Shown here one piece after another: positions 54,301-64,000 of a DNA stretch of 64,000 nucleotides. Below the pieces are notes generated by a model. That model was not told where the DNA came from and searched no databases. It worked only from the letters and a program-made list of their open reading frames with translations. Every line of letters begins with the position of its first letter. Position 1 is the first letter of the stretch. A program made the position numbers and the translations under genes. The DNA is from Camelus dromedarius (taxonomy: Eukaryota): the NCBI RefSeq assembly GCF_036321535.1, contig NC_087436.1:27406001-27470000 (forward strand), in the 5' to 3' direction.

Positions 54301-55290
54301 CATCACCTTCTATATCCATATTAGTTTGCCTTGTTTTATTCCACCCAGAGACAAGCTATATAGAAAAATCTACTTTTATTTTCCCTTAACGAAATGCAAT
54401 TCCATTCCTCATACCTTCTTTACTGAATCACACAGCCTACTTTCCTAATGTAAACTGCTTCCCGTATTTTTCCTATTGGCTTTAATTAAAATTTAAAAAT
54501 AGAATCCTCAACTCTTAAAAATCTCAATTTATAATGAAAACTAAGAAGTAAGCATTATGAATTGTCTTTGACATTAGTATTTTGTAGACTCCAAATAAAT
54601 ATCAATAATTTCTAAAAAAAAAAAAAAAGTGCTTTATTATAGAAAATATCTCATTGGTACTAAAAATAATAGTGCTAGATACCTTTAGTTTCTCTGCAAA
54701 AGGAAGCCAATATTCAGTAATTAATGCTTCAGTATCTAAATATATTTGGGAATGACCTAACGATTCAATAAACTTCCATCATTGAACTTAATTTAGCACA
54801 ACTCTAAAATTTTAAGTTACCAAATATCTGGAGAAATTATTTTTAGGTAGACATCTCTAAAATATATTACTCCTAAAGAATTTATCCAAAGGCTCTTATC
54901 TCATTTGCATTCAGTTTACTTCTAAGAATTTCACCATATGAAGTTATTTTTCTTATTCAGAAATTTACAAGAGATATAAGATCTTATTTGACTTCTGTTA
55001 AACCTAGGTACAACGAAGGTATTAATATTTAATGTTGATGACTCTAAAGACATGTCTATATTAGTTAAATCAGCCCTTTAATACCAAGTATTAATTTAAT
55101 GCTGAATAATTCCCCATTCATACGAACCTGAAATTCATTCTGGCCAGTTTCCTTTTATATTTCTGAGAATTTATATCAGTGCTTAACTTCCTTTAGGCCA
55201 ATTAAGTAGATCTCATTTACAAATTAATTTTGATAATACCATCAAAAGGTAAAGACATACATAATACACACAGACATACAGACACAATAT
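51389..55290 (-). mobile_element. ERV1 internal region (MER4-group-like, mostly non-coding) with integrase C-terminal remnant; 5' LTR not seen
   Basis: 52520-52655(-) reads DLQPGDDAYWKRH..KDCLQPGWK(G)P...AVKLKGIDSW. The 53.6-55.3 kb region is the reverse-complement homolog of 8.4-9.95 kb (e.g. 'cagagggcccctgaggcatc', 'gttaaattacatgggaag'). Confidence 0.8.
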
Positions 55291-55379
55291 TAGTGAAGTA
55301 TAGTCAGTTTACAACGGTGTGAACATTACTGGTGTACAGCACAATGCTTCAGTCATACATGGGCATACATATATTCATT
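55290..55379 (-). mobile_element. Very short L1 3' tip (~90 bp)
   Basis: 'tgaagtatagtcagttttacaacggtgtg...ctggtgtacagcacaatgcttcagtcatacat'. Confidence 0.85.
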
Positions 55380-55660
55380 AAAACTCACTAGATTTAACAA
55401 TTGGGATAAGCCAAATTAAAAAAGGCATCTTTCCCAACTTTAACCCTACGAAGTTTGGGGCAGAGAGAAAATAAAGCACTAATAATATGACAGGAAAACA
55501 AAGCATACCAAGGTCTGTACTTAAATGTCAGTTTCATCTCTGAGAAGGCAGATATTTGGTAACTGTCAGTTGTGACCTACGCTTCTACACCACATTGTTC
55601 TACCTAGGCCATCATCTCAGTAAAAGTATCTTGAAATCTATTCTCATTAATTATTTGTTC

Positions 55661-56053
55661 AGTATTAGTCAACCATAGCCACAATAAAGCTGTATAGCAA
55701 ACCCCTCTAAAAGAAGTGGCATGCAAATCAAGCTTTGATTTCTCACTCTTGTGCATGTGGTTTGGCCAGAGTTCAGCTGATCTAACACCGTGATTAATTC
55801 TTGACCATGGGTTTGGTTCAGGTCTGTTTCTTGTATTTCTCATTCTCCTGGGACCAGTGGGTTTCCTGAGGCATGCTCTTCTCACAGCTAAGACAGATGT
55901 ACAACAGGCCAAGCCCAAACACACAAGTACATTTCAAGCCTCTCCTTATATGCCTTCTGTCAATCCTTTTCACAAAGCAAGTCACATGGCCTAAGTCCAC
56001 AGCGGGAAGAGGAAGGGGAAAAGTATTTGTGGAACAATGATCTAATCTACCAC
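55661..56053 (-). mobile_element. MaLR MLT1J-like solo LTR
   Basis: 'gtattagtcaaccatagccacaataaagctgtatagcaaac...aaagcaagtcacatggcc...aatctaccaca'. Confidence 0.8.
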
Positions 56054-56254
56054 AGAATCTAATAGCCTGGCTAATGGACTGGTCCAAATATTTCATATAT
56101 TTTATAACCTATATTATACTGTTCTTGTAGTTCCTGTTACTACAATAAGCCAAAAAGTTTGAGTATCTGGGCAGCCTAAAACTGTGCAACACTTTTTTGA
56201 GTCATAGACAAGCCTTCAGCAAACTCATTTTTGCTTTCTAAAAGACATTTAAAG

Positions 56255-57010
56255 ATTTTATTTTGAGATGTACAGATCAACACGCAGTTATAAGAAATAC
56301 TACGGAAAGATTCCACATACCTTTACCCATTTTCTCCCCATGGTAAGTAATAGCTTCCAAAAAAACTATTATCATAAACAGTCAAATGACATTGATACTA
56401 CCCAATGACCTTATTCAGATTTCAGCGGTTTTACATGTACGTGTGTGTGCGCGCACGCGCGTGCAGTTCTATGTGTAGGTTCGTATGAACACCACAAGAT
56501 ACAGAATAGTTCCATTACAGAGATCCCTTGTGCTACCCTTGTATAGCCACAGACAACTTGACCCTTCCAACTGTTCATTGGTTCTCCATCTCTATGATTT
56601 TCTGTTTAAGAATGCTATATAATTGGACTTCCATAGCATATACAGCCTTTGAGATTGGCTCTTCACTCAGAATATTTTCCTTGAAATCTATCTAAGTTGC
56701 TACATGTATCAATAATTTGTTCCTTTTTATTGCTGAATAGTATTTCATGGTATGATGTGCCACAGTCTGGTGGTAACCATTCATGTATGGAAGGACAGCA
56801 TTTCCTACCTAAAGCTCTAGCTATTATGTAATAAATCTATAATACAGGTTTTATGTTAACAGTTTTTGTTTTTCTGGGATAAATGCCCAATGGTACAATT
56901 GCTGGGTCAGATGGAAAACACATGTTTAATTTTGTAAGAAACATACTACTTTCCAGAGTAGCTATGCCATTTTACATTATTATCAGGAATGTCAGTGATC
57001 CACATTCTCT
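56255..57010 (-). mobile_element. Old L1M (L1MC/MD-like) 3' region
   Basis: 'gcagttataagaaatactacgg...tttacccatttt...ttcctttttattgctgaatagtatttcatggtat...gggataaatgcccaa...attgctgggtca'. Confidence 0.82.
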
Positions 57011-59899
57011 AACAATCATACTTTACTTTTTAAAATGTGCTGGGATGATGGGGCCTCTATTTTACAAAATATCAGTAGATTTTTAGTTTAATGCTCATTT
57101 GATAGGAAATTTCTCACAAAACTCAAAAACACTTCACTTTAATTCTACCCTCTTAAAAATCTAGCCTTGCAATTTAAGGAATTATATGTTTTGATATGTA
57201 AAACAATCAGGGGTTATAGTGGTTTCATATGGTTTAACCCACAACCTGATGATGATAATACTCTGAGGTAATATAATAGGTTGCACTAATCCCTATGTAT
57301 TTTGGGATGTTGTATCTCAAAGGAATGGGTCTGTAATTGGCATAAGTAAAGAAAGCACAAACTAAGGGCTATATCTGTAATGGTATAACCATTAAGTCAA
57401 TCTGTTTCTCTTGGTTGAGTGATTATGGCAGTAAGGGATTCATTCGTTGAATACCATAATCAAAAAACCATGTTTTGTTACTTCTCTCATACACCAAAAC
57501 ATACCAAGTTCATATGATGCTCATGGATTTGATATACTAAAATTAATACCTGCCTTTAAAGAGCATAGAGCAGACCATTGCCTCAGGTTGAGCAAAAATC
57601 TATTTATCATTCTCAGGGCCCTTAATTTTGTTCACCAAACTTAAAATCTTGAATCCTAGATTTATTTTCTTCACCAGTCTACTTCATTTTGTTTTTACCT
57701 GATGGCAACCAATAGTCTTTATAACGCAGTCTAAATTTCTAGCCAATTCTGTTTTCAACTTTTTTTTATTCTGTGTTAATTTAAGACAGCTAGGGGAAAT
57801 ACACCTCACATTTTCATCTTGCCCTTCATGTATTTACAAAGTCCTCAGACCTCAGTTAATTGAATGAGGGATTTCAGATTCTGTAGTGAAGAAATAAGTT
57901 CACTAAATTTGATTGTGACCATATAGAGCATGATGGAGGGGAGGGGAGGGGAGGACAACAGTATATTTACAGAAGTGGGGGCAATGTTCTGTTGTTGTTT
58001 TTAATTTAGTTGAATGTCAGTTCACTATATTATCAGTGTAAGGCTTTATTGACTGATTTAGCACCTTCAGGTAAGAAGAGCAGAGGGGCAGATCAGAAGC
58101 CTTTTGGACATTTTCCTATTCTGAATCGATGGTTCTGGGCTACAGTCTCCCAGGTTATTCATAAATGAGATTAGAAAGATATGACTTTTAGTAGCCATTA
58201 ATCACAGCCTTTCTGCAGTCACTTGTCAGCAGTTGCATTAGAATGCTTACTTTCAGATCTACTTCTAGGTGTGTATCCTTGGCTTTGTAAAAGGAAGTGA
58301 AAAATTCCAAGGAATAGTAAACTTGGCCTTTAATTTTGCACAGTTCTCTGGAGGAAAACTTGCTGCCTTAATCAACCAATTATCACCCTCACTTTTTCCA
58401 AAAAAGGCTTTTTTCAAAATGTGTGTTCCTCTTCCCCTGGCCCTGACCCTCGGACAGTGGCACACTTTACATTGCCTTAAAACCAAGCAAACAAATAAGG
58501 ATCATTTTAGCTTAGCAAAAATGAGCTCACAATAAAATAAAATGTGACTGTAAAATGTATAGCTTAGAAAAACAAGCATCCAAGTTAGTTATAGGAAAAC
58601 TCCTTTGTTACCCAAACTCCTGAAATGAAATTTTGGGTATGCCTTTAATAGCTTCAATATAGCTAAAAGAATAATGTCCCAAATTTGTAAAATCTGAACA
58701 TAACCTAATTAGAGGTAACAGACTGTTACATCAGACCATGATTATAAAGAAATTGACAGTAATTCTAGTACTTGCCAATCATGTTTATCTGAACAGCATA
58801 CATATATGCCAAGAAAAATAAAATCTCCTTATAAGTGCTTGAACAAATTACAAATTTGGCAAACAATGGAAGAGGTGGATTTATTCTCTTATTTTAATAA
58901 TTTTCTATATGTATGTGTGACTCATTAGTTCCCCTTCCCTCTTTTACTCTTATCTGTTTTGGTTTCTAAATCTTACCTTGTCCAGGGCTGGGTTAAAGGC
59001 TATTCTGAGAGACACGGTCAAGTCCTTAAAATCTTTCCAGGACCCCATTATCTGCTCCCACCATCAAGTATCCATTGTTTGTTTAAATTCAAGGTATGTC
59101 TTCAGAGTCAAATTCAAAAGAAGAATAAGGCTTTAGACAGCAGATATTCTAGTAAAGTTGTTTAAAAATGTAGTGCTTAAGAGGATAATGGAGATAAGGT
59201 GAGTAGAACTGTTAACCTACCAATCAGAAGAAGGTACTCTTCCTACTTTTTACTTTGTAAAAATAATTTTTTAAAAAACATGATTTTTAGAGTGATGTTT
59301 TTAGCAGACTAATTGGAGAAACATTCTCATAGTGACCTCAATCTGTAAGAAGGTGATAGATTTTTACTGTGAAAGATTTCTTCCACCATTTGAAAAAAAA
59401 AAAAAAGTAGCAAATAATGTTAACTAAATGTTATATAGAGTTTAGAAGGCAGAGAATGAATGAATTCCTAAGTATTGGGATGAGGGCCTTAGAGGAAATT
59501 CATGTTATCTAGCATTAAAATATCTAATCAGGGAAGAAAATGTGTATCGGCCATTTAAACTGACCCAAACCTATAACAGTTTTTGAATGAGTCCAATCTA
59601 TATTGACAAGACCTCTTGTTAAAAAAAAGGGGGGGGGTAGTAAGCCTATATTTAGCTAACATTATTAAATTAGGATAAATTTCTAAAAGATGTGCCAAAG
59701 GGAATTAACATCTCTAAGGCTTTTGCTATCAGTATCCTAAAAAAAAAAAAAAAAAAAAAAAGTCCCAATTTGCAATAATCTTGTCCATATAGAAACATTA
59801 AATGGAAAGTTTTTTGCTCCTTTGAGTAAATTAAATTCTGAGGTAGTTGGTTACCAAAGCACAATATAGTTTTGATTTGCTTATCAGAAATTAGGTAAT

Positions 59900-60480
59900 G
59901 CTCCAGGATACAACTATTGCCAAATGCCTGTCTCTGCCACTCCCCCCTTTATGAGGGGGACAGACACCACTTCTCCCCTCCAGTCACAAAGATATGTGAC
60001 TGACACAAGCCGGACCTATCACACTGTCCTACCCTTCAAAACTGATGAGCAAGGGATAAATAAGCCAGTCCAATCAGGTTCCTTCACCCATTCACCAAGG
60101 CTAGCAGAAATACAATCTCTGGTTACAAAAGAGTGAAAGATCAAGGATTTAACCACAGCACTGCTTGTGGTCCTATTTTTCTGTAAAATGTAGAAATCTC
60201 AATTTCAATAGAACAGATGGAAGCTATGAATTAGACATATGCCAACATGAAATACAGAGATGGAAAGTGAGAACAAGAGGGAGGGAGAGAGAAACATGGT
60301 TTGAGTTATGAATGCAGTCATTTCAAGGCCAGAGTGTCGCCTGATCTTTCTAGTTTGATGGCATGAAACAGTGCATATTCCTGGGTTTTTTTGTTTTGTT
60401 TTGTTTTTTGTTTTGTTTTTTTTTTTTAAACTCACTGGGTTGGTATCTCTTATCATTTCCCACTTAAAATAATTCTAAAA
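59900..60480 (+). mobile_element. ERVL-type (LTR16/LTR33-like) solo LTR, decayed
   Basis: Repeated 'atgtgac..aagcc...ccaatca' modules and a 3' end 'gggttggtatctcttatcatttcccacttaaaa..ttctaa'. Confidence 0.55.
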
Positions 60481-62407
60481 AATATACTTTTAAGGAATAT
60501 GGTTAGCTTCAAAGATGGTTTGGTTTCTTTAGTCTTTTTAAAACAACATATAAATAATTGCTACCTAATTTTTAGGTTTGGAAAATTATGTATTTTAGGG
60601 GTTTAGGTTTGTAACCCCTCTTTTATATTTTAACACAGGTCTTCCCCTTTCTTACTGAAAGGATAGAAATTCTATTTTCAAGTTTTATTTTTTAGCATAA
60701 ACCAAATTCTAGATTAATTTACATTTTCCTAAATATTTTAAATCAAAATAAATGTTAATAAAACATTTAGAAACATGAAGAAAGTAGGAATGTCATGCCA
60801 AAAATACAAAGACTATGAGAAGTGTTTTTGTTATGTTGTGTTTTCAGTTTGAAGTAGGCTGGAGTCCCAACCACTGAGTTTCACCTAGAATACATGTAGT
60901 TACCTCAACATCATCTCAGTAAAATTTGGAGATCCATGAGACTGTTGGAACACAAAGACTCTCTACCATATTGTTGACCAGATACACTTGATCTTCAGAA
61001 ATTTATTATAGAATTGTACCAGAGCTCGCTAGAAGAGTAGGTCTTGGCTTCTAAATTCTCCATGATAAATTTAAATATACAAACCTTAACTGGTGTTATA
61101 TGGCAGTGCAAACAATGTATTTCCCTTGAAAAGTGTAGGAATTACTGTGAATTTATGTGAACTTAAACGATTCTATTTTGGGTTCAGATGTATGAATCTT
61201 GGCAGTTTGGCTGAAATGATACAAGTGTTTTGATAATTAACTAGGTCTCTATGGAATAGCTTTAGTCTGTAGAACTTTTGATATTGCAAATATCTATTTT
61301 ATTATTTTGTTTATATACCTGTGGTTATGCTTCAGTGCCTTTCCCCTCCAGTATGTTTCTTGTTAACATGAGTTTTGGAGAAAATTGGCTTTGGAATTAT
61401 TTTTTGTTTACACTTAAATAGACATCAAAATATAAATTGTTTTTTTTAAGGCAAAATACTTTTATACTTAAAAGAGGAAGCTTTAAAGTAATACAATTAA
61501 GAATACTCTGAAATATTTGTGAGGGTGAATAGATATGTGTACTCTTAAGTTTTTCACACCACCCTTGACAATAAATATTATGACCTCAGCTACATTTATT
61601 AAATGAGTAGTAATCAGTACAATAGTATAGGAGGTACTTACATTCTTTTGGATGATTTTTTGTTTTAAATGGGAGATTCAAATGATCCTAACCCTGGTAA
61701 GTGTTGAGTGAGAGACAGCTTGGAAAAAGATAGGTGTGAAACTATTATTCTTATAGTAATATTTAACACCAATTTCTAGCATTTTTTTCAACTAAATTTA
61801 AGCAACACAGGATCATTAAAGGCAACAAAACCTATAAAAAAAATTGTTTAAAGCTTCCTTGGAGATTAACCTAATATAACTGCCTTGAATAGTGAGTCTA
61901 AGATCATGACACTTGTGAGGAAATCCTCTACTGTAGAGATGTCAAAACTTTGGGTTAGTAAAGTAACCAAGTTGATAAAGAAACACCATTTAAATATGTA
62001 AGTAAGTAATAAAACATATTTTATAGTAATTCTTGGGTAAAGTGATAAAATACTTTTTAAATAGATGGCTCAGATAGTAAGGATTTGGCCATACTACTAG
62101 TTTTTGTTACACATTTTGCATAAGGTATTCCTGAAGGACACATCTAAAACCATGTTAATTTTCAAGTGCTAATAATCAAAACTTAGAAATTCTTCAATGA
62201 AACCAGCAGAACTCTTTCATCTATTTGCTTATTTATTTCATCTTCCCAGACTCTTGTTTATCACCTGTTTTTGTACTCCCTGAATTCTTTCTGGGAAATA
62301 CCCTTCTTCTATTCCAGGATATGTGAAAAGTCTTTCAAGCAGGCTATCCTACCAGCTTGTGGCTTAAATAAGCTAGTCAGGTATCTTCTGTAATTTTAAG
62401 GCAAATT

Positions 62408-62548
62408 CTGTTAGTTTCCTGTGGCTGTGGTACCAAATTATCACAAACTTAGTGGCTTAAAACAACAGCAACTTAGTCTCTCAAAGTTCTGGAGGTCATC
62501 AATCTGAAATCAAGATGGCAGCAGGGCTGTAATCCCTCCAGAAGCTCT
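62408..62548 (-). mobile_element. MaLR MLT1C/D-like LTR 3' fragment
   Basis: 'ttagtttcctgtggctgtggtaccaaattatcacaaacttagtggcttaaaacaac...gttctggaggtca...tctgaaatcaag'. Confidence 0.82.
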
Positions 62549-63429
62549 TTAAAAAATTAAGTTCTACTAAATCTATGTGCTAAAAGTAACAGAGTACATG
62601 GAACAATAGAGTTGGAGCAGATGAATTAAAGCCCATACAACTTCCTAAGCCCAGCACTGACAAAAAGTCATCGACACTTTGAGATTAACTCTGATCAGGC
62701 AAGTATCTCAGATGCACCAAAAAAAGCAAAATGAAAATAAAGGCACCGTTTTCACCAGAGTAGCTGGCGGGCACTGACAGTGTAGAAGGCAGTGGAGTTA
62801 CGCACCAGTGGTTCTATTCTTCAGGTGTGCATGGGAGGTGGTGAAATGAACTGAGATCTTAAACTTCAATCTCAGTGTCTCCAGAGTGCAGGTGCTCATT
62901 TTTTGATACTGGCAAAGGTATTCCTGCTGCTAATACAGTCTTCCCTGCTCAACAATGTATTCTATTTCAGTCATTCCTATTCCCACTGCATAGAAACACT
63001 ACCTAGGCACAACTGTCACTTAGGCATTACACTGTCATCATTTACCTTTTATCAGCTGTCTATGTGCTAATTACAGACACAAGTATTGTAGTCAGCTGTA
63101 TAAAAACATCTAGAAAAGATTCATTTTGTTCCTTCCCCATGCTGAGTTGTTCAGCTTTTCATTTTAATACAGATACTTCATATATTCCTCATCTTTAAAA
63201 AAATTTGATTGTATTTCTTGAAACCAAAACCCACTAGCTTATACTAAAAATAGGTATGTATAGAGAGAATGAAAGGAGGGAGAAAGGATTGTTCTCAGTG
63301 CCCCAATAGATTTGCACCAAAATGTCCTCTATTAATTTGTTTAGTTGTTTAAAAGAGTAATAACTATGATTTTGTTTTTCCAAAAATATTATTTATTATT
63401 ATTAGTTACCGTTAATTCTTATCTATGAA

Positions 63430-63790
63430 AAATTTTAAATTAAGTACATATAATTTTAATTAACAATTCCCTTTTATAGAACATAACCACTAAATGATAT
63501 GAATGTTCATTAATAGGGGAATATTTAAAGAATTTTACTATATAAACTATGGAGTGTTGAGCAGGTATAAAAAGAATGAATAATGTATGAACTGAATATT
63601 TTCCATAAGCATGGAGAAAGAATGTTGAAAGATACATATCAGGCTGTTAATAGTGTTTAGCTTTGAAGTGCAGTGATAAAATGTAGGTTTAGGAGAAAAT
63701 TAAAAACCATTAACCAGATGTAGTGTACATTTTTAAGTGGTTACAATAAGAATGCATTTCAATAAAATTAACTATTCATTAAGAAGATAT
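63430..63790 (+). mobile_element. Ancient L1ME-like 3' fragment
   Basis: 'aatgttcattaataggggaat...actatggagtgttgagcaggtataaaaagaatga...ctgttaatagtgttt'. Confidence 0.5.
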
Positions 63791-64000
63791 AAAAAAGGCA
63801 AATATTTAAAGTAGATCTGTTTCATGTGAATGCCTTCCAGGTTAGAAATTTATTGAAAACACTAAAATGCATTCAATTAATAACTTAAATCCTGATTCTC
63901 TTTGTCATTCATTTATCAAATTACTTAGAAGAAATAATTTTATGAATTGGTAATATACTTTTCTTATTTGTCAATACAGAGAGGAGGCTACATAATTCTG

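Noticed and set aside
58269..58535. 88-aa ORF as a coding exon
   Set aside because: No recognisable similarity, a non-ATG start and an equally long opposite-strand ORF.

Overview
AT-rich, repeat-dense eutherian (mammalian) genomic DNA with no recognisable protein-coding gene, RNA gene or prokaryotic system. The L1 3' ends and the lack of any obvious young SINE suggest a camelid-like cetartiodactyl; this is inferred by eye, not by search. The ORF-track entries I can assign are decayed LINE-1 ORF2 or endogenous-retrovirus fragments; the rest look like chance ORFs. Main contents: (1) a rearranged class I ERV at about 4.8-11.9 kb with two antisense LTR elements and a tiny L1 nested inside it, plus gag-MA, integrase and env remnants; (2) many L1 copies, mostly on the minus strand, including an inverted pair at 13.1-15.2 kb and a triple nest at 36.6-43.8 kb; (3) a related minus-strand ERV1 at about 50.9-55.3 kb; (4) an old ERVL-like internal remnant and several MaLR/ERVL solo LTRs. 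I found no evidence for a new biological system. The items worth a second look are structural: nesting, duplications, a micro-inversion, an LTR fragment inside an L1 5'UTR, strand bias, and a few candidate conserved or regulatory segments. Family names and most boundaries are approximate.
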